DNA from: Nageia nagi
Taxonomy: Eukaryota > Plantae > Pinophyta
Assembly: GCA_050084985.1 (NCBI GenBank)
Contig: JBITNC010000001.1
Coordinates: forward strand, 155,434,001 to 155,498,000
Length of the DNA: 64,000 bases
Direction of reading: 5' to 3'
The notes under the pieces were generated by a model. It was not told the DNA's origin. It was given only the letters and a program-made list of their open reading frames with translations, and did no database searches. The translations under genes were made by a program, and so were the position numbers. Of this stretch, positions 13,229-26,924 are shown piece by piece (position 1 is the stretch's first letter; each line of letters opens with the position of its first letter).

Positions 13229-16200
13229 GGGGACACGTCCCCTACAAATTTTTTTGCGTTTTCTCATCCCCGCATCCCCGAGACATGGGGACGCCTCAGG
13301 GTACATTTCCCCGTCGTCCCCCTTTTGGGGGGTGTGACGAGGACGTCCCTGGGACGAGGTTTCGGGGGCAAAGGATGTTCCCCTATAGCCTGCAAGTAAA
13401 GGGGATGCCATGGGGACGGGAATCCTCCCCCCCCTGTCTGGCAGCGGCTGGGCATGTTTCAAAAGAAAAAAAAACTCACTTTTTTTTCAATTTTTTTTAA
13501 CATGACTAAGGGGGGTGGGTCCCACAAGGGTCTCCAACCCCCCTAAACCTAAAACCATCACTTTAAACTCAATTGCAAATCATTGTCATTTGCAAGTTTG
13601 GCAATACCCACCAAAAGGAGAGAAGAGCAGCTGGAAAGAGGAAAGAAGGAAATCAAGGAGTGAAGAGCAGATTTGATGTACATTTTTCTTCTATTATATC
13701 TTACATTCCAAGTTTCTTACGGTTTTTGTATCTTAGTTTTTATTTTATCTTCCATTCTATGTTTTTTTCATGTCTACTGTTGAAAACTTGGAAACAATGA
13801 ACAGCAATGAAGTACATGGTTGTTACTGATTTCTTTTCTTGTTCTACTAGGTGTCTAAGGGACTATTTGATACTAAAATTTAAATTGAAAGTTTGCATTT
13901 TCAATTTTGAAACAATGAGCAGCCATGAAGAGGGTTCTCAATCTGATAAGGAAGTGGAAATTCAATCTCATTCTACAAACCCATCAACACCTTCTCAAAC
14001 TTCCTGCTCCTCTTATTATGATTGTCAATTAGCAATGTTGAGAGAATATGCTAAGGGTCCTTACAATGATAAAAAAACCACTCTTGCAATTTGTCACAAA
14101 TCTTGATGCTGGAAAAAAACATTTAAAGGATACATGAAATTGGTTATGTCATTTTTGTAAAACCAAGTTTCAAGGAAGCTACACTAGGGTTGAATCTCAT
14201 TTGATAGACAAAACAAGAATAGGGGTTAGAAGTTGCAAAGGCATGAATCACTTTCAAGTGGTTGAAACTAGTAAGTTGGTACAAGATGCCAAAGTTAAAA
14301 GTTTAAGCTCCTTTGTACTTGGCCAAACTTATAGAGCTAGAAGTGAGCATGTAGACATCTCAAATCAACAAACTCAAACTTCAAATATCCCATCACATCC
14401 CTCCAAGAAAAGAGCAATTACTAATATGCTTAATGTGCAAGCAGCAGAAGAAGCAAATGATGCTATTGATTTTATGTTTTATGCACATGGGCTGCCTTTT
14501 CATCTTGCAAATTCCCCTCATGTCAAGGATGCATTTAAAAAATATGCCAAGGCAGGCCCTTCATATCAATTTCCTTCATATCATAAGTTTCGTACCAGCC
14601 ACCTGGACAAACATTATGCCAAATGCAATTTGGATAAGGAACGTATGATGGAGACATGGTTGAGGTTTGGGTGTTCTATTGTCATTGATGGGTGGACTGA
14701 TAGACGTCATCGTCCACTTATCTATATTATTGTTACATCCATATCAGGTAATTAAATACTAACATAGTGTTTTATTTTTAGTTTTAAATTTTTTTCTTGT
14801 TTGGCATTTGATTCATTGAATTTTTTTGTCATCAAGTTCTTATTTTCTTCAAGCTATTGATGCCTCGAGAAAAAAAAATGATGCTGAATACATGTACTTG
14901 AAGTTGAAGGAAGCTATTGATGAGATTGAAGCTACTAATGTTATACAGGTAATCATTTTATTTTTTAAAAAACTTTATGAAATTTATAATTTATTCTAAT
15001 TTTATTATGTAAAATTGTAAATCATAACAAAGTAGTTTGTTGTGTATAGGTGACTACTGATGCATCCCATGTTTGCAAGAAAGCAAGGCAAATGATACAA
15101 AACAATTATAAACATATTTTTTGGACCCTGTGTTGCGTTCATGCATTGAACAACACATTGAAGGACATTGGGAAGATACCTTGGGTGAAGGATCTAGTTT
15201 TTGAAGCCAGAGACACACATCCTTAGCCATCTTTCGATCCTTCTCAAAGAAGGAATTCATCAAACCAGGGAATACTAGATATGCCACCTACTTCATTTTA
15301 TTGGAGAGGATGATTGAAGTGCAAGATGCTTTACAAAACATGGTGGTATGCATGGAGTGGAAGAGTTGGGATGAATCAAAGACGGTGGAGGGAAAGAGAA
15401 TCAGAGATAAACTATTGAATGAAAGATGGTGGAATGATTCCAAGTAAGAAATTTTCAAATTAGAAATGTTAAAATTAGTTTTAAATTGCATTGTTCATTG
15501 CTCATATAATTTAAGTTTTTTTTTTTTAAATTTCTTATAGGTACATTGTGTGTTTCATAGGCCCAATTGTTTCAGTTATCAGATATGCTAATACAGATGC
15601 TCCTAATCTAGAAGAGATTTATGAGACATTTGATAGCATGTTAGGGGAGATGAAGAGGGTGATTTGTGAAAAAGATTCATCATTCTATGAGAAACACATT
15701 AGACCTATCATACAGAAGAGGTGGGATAATATGAACACCCTTCTTAATATGGCAGCTTATGCAATAAATCCAAAATGGTATGAGCCTAGGTCTGGAAGAG
15801 TGCCTCCATCTGAAGATACAGAGGTGATTTATTTTTTTATCAAAACTCCTAACTTACAAAAATTTATTTCATGTAAATTTTACTTAATTTATTTGCATGT
15901 AAATATTAAATATTAACTTTGTCTTTTCTATTAGTTAGGTAGGAAAAGGGTTTATGGCTACCCTTGACAAGATGTATGCCATGGACGGGGCCTCAAGAAT
16001 TAGAGATGAATGGCTCAAATTTGTGACTCTTAGTGGCCCTTTCAACAAACCAAATGCTATACACAATAGGGCTACCATTGCCCAAAGAGATCCCATTGGA
16101 TGGTGAATGCTATACGGAGATGATACACTTAATTTGTGATTTCTTGCTATTAAGTTGCTTTCCCAGGTTGCTAGTTCCTCTGCTGCTAAGAGCAATTCGT

Positions 16201-16740
16201 CCACATATGGATTTGTTCATAGTTTGAGGAGAAACAAATTTACATCTCGTAGAGCGGAGAAGCTAGTTGCAATGCATAGCTCTTTTCACCTCCGTGATAG
16301 AGTTAGACCACTAGTATAAGGCATCTCCAGCTACACAATGGGATGTTGATGTAGAGGATATGACTTAGTACGAGAATGATGAGGATCAACAGCATTCGGT
16401 TGGAGTTCCATTGAATGATGTTGCTTTGGATGATGGGAGTATCTCATCAAATGAAGACATCGATAGTGATGCTAATAGAGAGGCACTATTTCATGAGCCG
16501 ATAGGCTCCTAGTTTACTGTTTTACTTTTTGGCATTTTGACTTATTTGACATGTTCATGTCAAAGACTATGTTTTACTTTTTGGGCCCTAGCACACGCCA
16601 TATTCAAACTTTATGACATTGTAATTATTGACTATAATTATTAGAATCTAATTATGGATCATGTTTATTTATCATTCATGATTCAGATTTTCTGATTTCT
16701 CATTTCTCAGTTTCTAATTTTCAAAGTATGTTAAATGTTT
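13229..16740 (+). mobile_element. hAT DNA transposon with both TIRs lost
   Basis: GC-rich subterminal GGGGACG/CGTCCCC motifs at 13229-13430 like those of the MITE, followed by a transposase pseudogene. Confidence 0.85.
13915..16512 (+). pseudogene. hAT transposase (BED finger, DUF659-type core, C-terminal dimerisation region) with four GT-AG introns, stops and frameshifts
   Basis: Motifs FMFYAHGLPFHLANSPH, GCSIVIDGWTDRRHRPLI, WTLCCVHALN, RWDNMNTLLNMAAYAINPK and LLSQVASSSAAKSN. Introns start at about 14748, 14949, 15444 and 15824. Confidence 0.9.
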
Positions 16741-16744
16741 GATA

Positions 16745-18604
16745 GTCCTTGAATGATTCAATATGACTCAATCCTTTAGACTCCGTAATCTCCTCATGCT
16801 TGACTCCTGATCTGCTTGAGCCTCCTCATACAGCTCCTCTTTGTCATCTTTGGTGTGATGTGGGGCCTCCTTGTCACCCCTATTGTGACGTGGGTTCTCC
16901 CTCTCATCCTAGGTATGATGCGGTGCCTACCAATCATCTCTGGCAAAACGTGGGGGGGTATGCTACCTCTCATGCTCTGTACAGCCACCAAATTGCCTAT
17001 CCATTTGCCTCTGCATGGATATCACTGCTCCGATCATAATGTGAATAGCCGAAATGAGTTCATCAAATCTTTGATCGAAGGTGAATTCCCGCATCAGAGT
17101 TGAACTCCTTCTTTTAGCGGCTCTCTGCCCATCTCCCTACGTCTCTCCATCTCTAAAGGTACTCTCATCTAGAAGCTCATTCATCCATGGTCTTCTATGC
17201 TCCTCATGGACGGCTCTTTTAGGTGCCTCCTTTATGTGTGACCTTTCGCTTTTCCTAGCGGATGTCATGTCTTTCCGAATGTTGGATCTGGTATAGAAGC
17301 GGTGAACTGTGGGTTTCATGCATAGGTTGGCCAAATCCAAGCTCTGATACTATTTGTGATGATCCAAAATGCAACTCAAGCTCAACTGGCAAATACGGAC
17401 AATCAAACCCTGACGTCAGGCCTAGGGCATCAAATGCAAGTAAACAAACCCTCAAATATGCAACATTAGGGTAAGGGCATCCAATACGAATCACAACAAT
17501 GCAATTATGGCAACGTCTAAGCTAGAGTGACATTTTTATCAAGCATTCACACATCCACGTCTAGCCAGAATGGTTACACAACATCAATATCACCTCTCAA
17601 AGCCAACGTTTGGCACATGCAAGCATATATAACAACAATGATCCAGCACATGCACAAAATGGACAATCCGAATGCCCTTGGCAATATATAGAAAGATGAT
17701 GAATACAATACCAGACCTTAGAAGAGCTGACGTTGGCCTCCAAGGAGCCAACTAGGGCATAACACATATATCCTCTCTACTGGAACAAATCTGGAACCGC
17801 GGGACAGTACGCTCCCTCAGAATTTGATTCCCCTCCATCGAAGGAGTCCTCCTCAAACCTTGCATAACCACTGAAGTTAGAAGCAATACCTCGGATGCCA
17901 CCGGATGGGCAAGGGCATTGCGCCAATGCCGTAAACAAACAAAATCCCTCAACCTGAATGCCCTCCTAAGTGTTGCACTTAGGGAGATTGCTTAGCACCG
18001 CTAAACCTTGTTGTCCTTTGGATGGAATGGGTGTAATAATAATAATCCGTATCCAGTAATGAGCCTCCAAGGATTAATATGGCCTTCCTTGGTCTGGATT
18101 ACGCCTAGAAGTCATCACCCAATCACCTCATGGCCCAACGTTGGCACCTAGGGATCAATCCAGGCTCAACATGGGTGTCTGGACCTCCTCTATCCTCCAC
18201 GTGGACCCAAGAGTGCATGCGTGGGTCTAGAAGGCATGTGTGGGTACCCTAGAGGGGCAACGTGGGTCTCAAGATCCAACATGGGGGTCTCAAAGCCTCC
18301 CCCAAGCTGGTGCAGGTGTTTACAAGCTCCCAAACTCATGTTGGGACATAAAGTGCTCATTCGACCATAAAATGCTAACTAGGCCTTGGGATTCCCACAA
18401 TCAAGTCTCGGGATCTCCAAGTATGATAAATACACCTAGTCTAACCTTAGGAGGGAGACGTCCCACTTGGGGCTCACAATGGGGTCCATTGACCCATTAA
18501 GTCTCCTATCCTAAGTTACAATAATGAAAGTACAAATACATAAATAAAGTATGTTACAAAGATGACCCCTTTGGTCCCACTAATTGAACAAAAGGGATGT
18601 CACA
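16745..18604 (-). mobile_element. 5' end of a chromovirus-type gypsy element (LTR 17355-18604, iMet PBS, start of gag); same family as 26925
   Basis: gctctgatacta at 17341-17352 reads TAGTATCAGAGC on the minus strand. LTR TGTGA...TCACA. The leader MKPTVHRFYTRS matches MKPRIHRYYTRS at 28193. Confidence 0.85.
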
Positions 18605-18664
18605 TCCTATTCATAGTTGAACAGCCTTCCACAAGTCTTCTAACTCTTCCTTGGGTCCCACAAA

Positions 18665-19774
18665 TGTGATGTTCCAAAATTATTTTATTCCAAGATATTA
18701 GTGCCAAAAATCCAACGACTCATGCAACGGGCAACTAACAATGAAATAAGCCAAGAAACTCAACGCCACAAGCCAAAATGTGAGATCCAAGTGCCACGCA
18801 TCAATATATATCAAAGATGAATCAAATACAATGCTCAAATGGCCCTTAGGGATGAACTTTTGGCTCAATGGACCAGATTTGACACTCAACAATGATAAAT
18901 ATGCACCAAGAAGGCTGGCATCACACAACTAGGGCCACAAACCCTCAGACAGATGGAACAATGGGATAGCTACACTTCCTCAAACGTGGACGCTCCACCA
19001 AAAGGCTCTTCCCACGCCTAGAAACCACCAAAGGTAGAAGTGCAACCTCAAAATGCTATCGAATGGACTAAGATGCTACACCTTAGTCATAGATTAGCAG
19101 GATACCTCAACCTATTAACCATCCCTTGATGCTACACCAAGAGGATATGTTTGACGATGTGCCAAGACTCCAAGTATCAATATCAAATAATGCCAAAGAT
19201 GCCTTCACAATTATGTGCTGCTCCTTCATATAGCTTGATGCCTCATCCTAGATCTAGATCTCACCTAGGAATCACACAAGGCTAGGTGTCTCATCCATAG
19301 GAGCATAGATCGACCCTGAAATCTACATAATCACTCCTATCTCTAGGAGGGAGACATCCCACATTGGGGCTCACAATTGATCCCTTGGACCCACAAGTCT
19401 CCTATCTCATACTAATAAATCATTACAACTCATTATCATCAAAGGGTACATATGGACTCCTAATCACATAGCTCACTCCTAGATACAATCAACTACTAAC
19501 TCATATCCCTACGAGAGGGACGTCAAATAGAGCAATCCCATTAATTGGAAGAAAATAGTAAAGTCCCAAGCATGCGACCATTGAAGACTAGTTCAACAAG
19601 TGAACTTCAAAATGCAATATATCTTTTGTTTCTTGATAAAACCATATTGTATAACATGTCAAAACGTTTGGCACAAGATGCTCTATCCAATCCAAGAGAT
19701 GAATCAACAATCTAGGACATATGGTGAAGGATAATGGTAAGAGAAAGGAACAAGGAAAAATTCGGAACATTACA
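18665..19774. mobile_element. Solo LTR, 1110 bp
   Basis: Termini TGTGATGTTCC...GGAACATTACA with a perfect ACAAA TSD (18660-18664, 19775-19779). Confidence 0.88.
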
Positions 19775-20511
19775 ACAAATCACTAAAGATGCTTTATCAT
19801 TATTTTAGAACACACCTAAGATGCCAAATCACACTTAACTACTCTACAAGGGGGACGTCCACTCCATGTTGACTAAGACAAACATGAGAGTATCATACAT
19901 GAATGAGACCCACAAATTGGGGATATTACAAACTATAAAAAAAAAAACAATAAAAGTATGTTTCTCAATGGCATGTTCAATTATTTTACCGATTTTCTTG
20001 ATATTTCCAGTTTATCATGCTTTTTCAACAGTCAATGATATTCTCAATAAACCCACAACTGTTATTTATTTTTTTTATAACATAACTAGTTGGCCTGGAA
20101 AATATCCAGTTTTTTGTGTTTATCATGCTCAGTTGTGTATCTTTATAGCTATACTACAAACTTATGTGCCATAGCCCAAGATGACCATTATGTATTTTTA
20201 ATATAAAACAGATTGACATATTGGTAAAAGGTATTTCTCCTTTGGGTGAATGACCAATGAGCCACAGTATGCGAAACTTGGTTCCAATAGAGAACCAGGT
20301 CAACAATCAATGAGATATGAGCCCAGGATGTTGACCCATCAAAATTGTCAACACTGTCAACTGATGCAAATTTTAAATCAGCATGAACTCAAATCCAACA
20401 GTTGAAGCATAGTGCCAAGTTTTAGTTACTGCTGAAACACGAATCATTTCATCTCCAAATGGTGTTTATTCATTTCTCATTGTACATAATTAAAAAAAGA
20501 GATGTTATTCC

Positions 20512-21065
20512 TGTTGGGATTAGGTGCCATACACCTTGCAAATACTAATGTCATGGCCCCATATGTAAAAGGGCATCCCACTTGATGTGGTAATTTATGT
20601 CATATGTAATATGATAAGAGCATGCAAAGAGGGAAGAAATACAGAACTAGAAAAAATCTGAGACTTTTTAGCAAACTGAAGCATCTCTCTAAGAAAAAAA
20701 TAAGTCCAATCTCACCATGCATTGTGCATGATTTGATTTAGGCACATAACTTGCCCATCCTTTTAGCACCTAGTTTTAGAAACCATGCATGGTTTCTTGT
20801 TTGGGCTTGGTCTATAAATATGATAATTGGGATGGAAGTTGAGACATATTTATATTTTACAGGAGGGTATGCTGTCTGATTTATCTGTAGACATTGTTGG
20901 CTATTGGGGCTAAGGAGTGATAATCATCTATTGTATTGTAGCTGTGGCCGTGTTGTTGGTTATTACCGGACACTACATTGAGAGTTACTTTGTTGCTGGG
21001 TTTTTTCTGATGTAGATTCATTGCAAGAGATCAATAATGGACTCCTAGATAATTTTGCAAAATCA
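20512..21065 (+). mobile_element. Possible old short solo LTR
   Basis: TGTTGG start, CTATAAATA at about 20812 and a CA end. No direct TSD (flanks ATTCC/GGAAT). Confidence 0.35.
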
Positions 21066-21221
21066 GGAATCAAACAAAGAAAATCGAATATAAAGAAACC
21101 TACAAATGGCATTCCTTTATTGTTCTGAACCCACACTGCTTTTACAAAAGAATAGCATAGTATTTATCACATCCAAAACCCTAGCCAGATGCTACTTGCA
21201 CATTACTTACTATTTTTAGTA

Positions 21222-22022
21222 TGTCATAGGACTTAGAATTATTAGTAATCCTTAAATATAGCTCGGATGAAATCCAAAATGGACTCATGCATCCGTTATT
21301 CATTAATTAAGACTATCCCAAAATATCTCCCCTATTCAACTCATGCAATAAAAGATATTAAAACTTTTTGGTCACCTAAAAATCAAAAAATTATATTCAA
21401 AACCAGTTTTAGGCAACCAGATGATGATTTAAGGCCTCGAAAAGTGTTCAAACAAGCCCAAGGGCAGTAGAATTGGCCTCCCTAGCGATCTTCTTTCAAT
21501 TTTGCACGCACTAGAAAAAAGAAAATAGGCTCAAACTAACACCCAAAACAAAAGTTATGACCCCAGCAAGGTGCAACACTATCCTACCACATAAGGAAAG
21601 TACCAATGGAAGTTATGACCCCGGCAAGGTGCAAAACTATCCTGCCACATAAGGAAAGTACCAATAGAAGTTGCATCATTTTCCCAACAGGGTTTTCCCA
21701 GGGTACATATTGTGTCCTATGCAAGTTTTAAGTGTTGCATGTTGTTGCAGGCTATTGCATGTTGCTGTAGAAAGTTTTCATATTGAATATTCTTGCTGAA
21801 ATTGTTAGATCCTAGTCTCTTTTGCATTTCTCTCCTCTAAAGATTAAGTAGGAAGCTGTTCCCCATTTTTTCTGATTTCTTTTCAATTCCACTGGGAAAA
21901 CATGTATTGTAGCCTTGCATCTCTTTTCACAAATCAATTGTATATATTTCACATATCAATAAAATTCAGAAATTCCTGTTTCAGTTTCAAATTAGTCATT
22001 ATATATATTGAATTGTTTCATC
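21222..22022 (+). mobile_element. Probable decayed LTR with a 58-bp tandem duplication (about 21552-21670)
   Basis: TGTCATAGG start and a U5-like tail. aagttatgaccc...aaggaaagtaccaat occurs twice. No TSD. Confidence 0.4.
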
Positions 22023-22183
22023 TTTTAAAATAGCTCTCATGTTCTATCATGGATTCATGTCCGTTACCACTCGTATTCAGCAACTTTTGATGCGCACCTG
22101 AATTGTTTCTAAAATCCAAATAACAAATGTAATCAAAATTTAAGATAGACCCAATATATAACAAGAAAAAGAAACAAGCCCTA

Positions 22184-22312
<129 letters not shown>

Positions 22313-23374
22313 TCAGACAAGCAATTTAGCAAAAACACATGCCAATAATAAGGAAACATTCAATTCAACTGACTAGAACAAACATGTGACATGTATGGGA
22401 AATTTAGAGGGGGAACTCCAAGCTGCAGTTGTATATCTTACAGTTTTTGAAGTATTATGTGGTCATAGATAACAGTCAGGTATTGTATTAAGCCCTGTAG
22501 AGAAAGTTGTGTGCCATCTTTTGCAATAGCATAAGGGTAAGCTCCAATATCCTCCATATGTGCCATTAATGAAATACATTTTATTCATAAAACAAAGGCT
22601 TAATGGGCCTTCCAACAATTGTGCACTAAATCACATTGGTTATTATTTGTTGCAACTGCATACTTCCATAGTGCCCCTAACTTTGAATAAGATTTCACAT
22701 TAAATGTATATAACCATCTACGAGAACATAAAGGCTGCAGTGAAGAATTTGTCGATTTTCATATCATTGTACTTGTTACTGTACAATGCAATATTTCGAG
22801 CAAAGGCTAGGGCAACGGTTTCAAGAATATACCTTCAAATCATGACAAGCAAGCCTTATTGCTTAACACATCTATGATAACCCGAGGATCATGGTTAAGT
22901 ATCTATGCAGATCACAAAATTACAATCTTCAACAATTAACGTTCTTCAATATAGAAAGCAAAGACGATGCTTACAAGAAGTCCCTATATATTGAGATGAA
23001 AGTAAAGAATCAAAAAGAGGGTGTGGTTACTCTACTGTTGGCCAAAAGAAATCTGCCTAAAAAAGGACTAAGGAAAGAAGAATGCTATGCCATTTAAAAA
23101 AATCATCAATACTCAAAGAACCAGTGTAAGCATCTGAATGTAGGTGAACATACGATGCAGCGACAAATGTTGGATAGCAGACCTTGAAATTCACTCTGTG
23201 AAATCAGTCCAAAAAGAGTATAACCACTACAGTAGAGTGCAAGGAAGTGAAAAGCAGTTCAGACATGGATGAGAAGCTAAGTCTGTACCTCAACACAATG
23301 AACATGAGTCAGGTCATAGAAAACTGGATAAGCAACACGGTCCACATAGAAATTGAAGTCGGGAGAATCGAGGT

Positions 23375-26300
23375 AAATGTTCAATCTGATTCCAATTCAT
23401 AAAAGACTTTGAATTTGAAGCATAAATAAAATTGAGCCTAACAATTAAAAACATGCACAGCCCATATTTGTTAGGATGGTCACATAAGGATGTGGAATTC
23501 CATATCATGCATCAATGCAAACTTAGATTTACATTAGCACCATATTACATCGATTATGTTCAGTGTAAGTTCTAACAAGGTACCACTACCACTTAATGTG
23601 AGAAAGGTTGTGTTTGAGAGACCCTATTGATGTATATTTATGCTTATTTACTGCATATGGAGCACAACAAAGGGCTAATAAAAGATGGTAAACCATACCT
23701 CATAAAAGTCCTACAGAGGGAAGTTGTAGACACTTAAATTCGCATGTTAGCTATTTAAACTAAGTTTTATTAAGTGCTTATTTGATTTATGCAAAATATC
23801 AATTTTGAGCCCACTTGGGGTCATTTATGGAAATCAACTCAAGTAATATCTTCTAATTTCACATTATCTCGTATACAAATTGGCTTAGATGATTACATTA
23901 AGGTAAATTCAAAATTAAATTTCTCTAATTCTATGAAAGGCAAAGAACAAAAGATCATTTGATATCTTGAAGATTCACAAGAGATATTCTAACACTAATT
24001 TCTTCACAAGATTGATCATATTTATCCAATCTTTTCCTTAAGTCATATTCGCAAGTGTTGTAGGATAATTCCACAATGAGATCATCAGGAAACATTGCAG
24101 AATACATCCACTAAAGGTCATTACACCCCAAAACGGCACCAAATCCAAAATGTGAGTCTTTTGGACCCTACATCCTAGAACATGGGAGTTTTGAAACCTC
24201 CATTCTAGAACATGGGCAATCTGATACCTGAGCCTGATTAACCCTGAACCAATCCCAAAAGCCAAGTTCAGTCCAACAAAGCACAGATTCACCATCTAAT
24301 CACTCCAAAACACTAGGATTCACCTACCAAGAACACAAGTTGTCTTTCAACCTATCTGCGATCCCTTGATTCCACATAAGTCTTCTCAGTATCTCCTCTT
24401 ATAAATATTATATAATCCTAGTTGTTAAACCTCTATACTGCCTTTACTTATAAATCTATTTTCATTCCTTACACACAATTAATTGTACATATTTAAATAC
24501 ATGATGATCAAAAATCACCACAAACTAGCAATACAGGACCATCAAACCCTTACGTCAAATCTAGGGCATCACATACAAGTCAAGAAACCCTCAAGCATGC
24601 AATGTTAGGGTTAGGACATCAAGATTACACATTCGGATACCCAAAATGCCAACGTCTAGCATATGCAAGCATACATCAATGAATACAATCTCAAAATGCC
24701 AACGTCTGGCTCATACATGTATAATCCAAACCCTAATACATTAAAGTGCTATCAAATGATAAATACAAGTACATACAATCAATGAGATCCAATACATGCA
24801 TAAGTATGAGACAATACAACACAATAATGAGATCTGAAACCCTCTGGCTATATATAAATGATATTCAATGGATGCAATACAATACCAAGCCCAGTGGGCA
24901 GTCATTGGCCTCCAAGGACCCAACTAAATAAAATGTTCAATCTGATTCCAATTCATAAAAGACTTTGAATTTGAAGCATAAATAAAATTGAGCCTAACAA
25001 TTAAAAACATGCACAGCCCATATTTGTTAGGATGGTCACATAAGGATGTGGAATTCCATATCATGCATCAATGCAAACTTAGATTTACATTAGCACCATA
25101 TTACATCGATTATGTTCAGTGTAAGTTCTAACAAGGTACCACTACCACTTAATGTGAGAAAGGTTGTGTTTGAGAGACCCTATTGATGTATATTTATGCT
25201 TATTTACTGCATATGGAGCACAACAAAGGGCTAATAAAAGATGGTAAACCATACCTCATAAAAGTCCTACAGAGGGAAGTTGTAGACACTTAAATTCGCA
25301 TGTTAGCTATTTAAACTAAGTTTTATTAAGTGCTTATTTGATTTATGCAAAATATCAATTTTGAGCCCACTTGGGGTCATTTATGGAAATCAACTCAAGT
25401 AATATCTTCTAATTTCACATTATCTCGTATACAAATTGGCTTAGATGATTACATTAAGGTAAATTCAAAATTAAATTTCTCTAATTCTATGAAAGGCAAA
25501 GAACAAAAGATCATTTGATATCTTGAAGATTCACAAGAGATATTCTAACACTAATTTCTTCACAAGATTGATCATATTTATCCAATCTTTTCCTTAAGTC
25601 ATATTCGCAAGTGTTGTAGGATAATTCCACAATGAGATCATCAGGAAACATTGCAGAATACATCCACTAAAGGTCATTACACCCCAAAACGGCACCAAAT
25701 CCAAAATGTGAGTCTTTTGGACCCTACATCCTAGAACATGGGAGTTTTGAAACCTCCATTCTAGAACATGGGCAATCTGATACCTGAGCCTGATTAACCC
25801 TGAACCAATCCCAAAAGCCAAGTTCAGTCCAACAAAGCACAGATTCACCATCTAATCACTCCAAAACACTAGGATTCACCTACCAAGAACACAAGTTGTC
25901 TTTCAACCTATCTGCGATCCCTTGATTCCACATAAGTCTTCTCAGTATCTCCTCTTATAAATATTATATAATCCTAGTTGTTAAACCTCTATACTGCCTT
26001 TACTTAAAATCTATTTTCATTCCTTACACACAATTAATTGTACATATTTAAATACATGATGATCAAAAATCACCACAAACTAGCAATACAGGACCATCAA
26101 ACCCTTACGTCAAATCTAGGGCATCACATACAAGTCAAGAAACCCTCAAGCATGCAATGTTAGGGTTAGGACATCAAGATTACACATTCGGATACCCAAA
26201 ATGCCAACGTCTAGCATATGCAAGCATACATCAATGAATACAATCTCAAAATGCCAACGTCTGGCTCATACATGTATAATCCAAACCCTAATACATTAAA

Positions 26301-26481
26301 GTGCTATCAAATGATAAATACAAGTACATACAATCAATGAGATCCAATACATGCATAAGTATGAGACAATACAACACAATAATGAGATCTGAAACCCTCT
26401 GGCTATATATAAATGATATTCAATGGATGCAATACAATACCAAGCCCAGTGGGCAGTCATTGGCCTCCAAGGACCCAACTA
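23375..26481. repeat. Near-perfect tandem duplication of about 1.55 kb (23375-24926 and 24931-26481)
   Basis: Identical ORFs are offset by 1556/1555 bp. One 1-bp indel seen, and a 4-nt AATA filler at the junction. Confidence 0.97.
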
Positions 26482-26924
26482 GAGCACAATAATCCGATAT
26501 CTCCAATGCTAGACAACTATGGAACCACGGCATAGATTCACCCCCTCAGACCTCAAATCCTCTCCACTGAAGGAGCTCTCCTTGAACTCTGGCTAACCAA
26601 CTAAACGGTAGAAGTAAACCCTCGGAATGCCATCGGATTGGTAAAGGTGCTCCACCAATGCCATAGATAATCAGAATCCCAACACCTAACTACCCTCTAG
26701 ATGCTCGGGCTAGGAATGGAATGCTTAGCAGCGCTAAGACTTTGTGTCCGAAGGACTATAGCAAAAGTAATGATCAATAATGGCTCTCCAGTAATGAATA
26801 TCCAATGCCTATTTATATATTTCTTGTGTCCGGATCTCACCTAGGAGCCATCTCAAGCCCATCTAATCCAATGTCGGGTATTGGGGGGGTGGGGGGGGGG
26901 GGGGGCGGGGGGGGTCATGATCAC
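26055..26924 (-). mobile_element. Partial LTR of the 26925 chromovirus family (its first about 430 bp also duplicated at 24500-24926), cut by a same-family insertion
   Basis: Reverse-complement similarity to 27280-28157, for example acaaactagcaatacaggaccatcaaaccct versus agggtttgatggtccagtattgctagtttgt. Confidence 0.85.

Noticed and set aside
20507-21070. Apparently inverted TSD (ATTCC/GGAAT) around a putative LTR
   Set aside because: The element ends are uncertain, and a 5-bp inverted match easily arises by chance.
22740-23370. Purine-rich stretch possibly derived from a LINE or gene fragment
   Set aside because: No recognisable motif in any frame; cannot be supported without a search.
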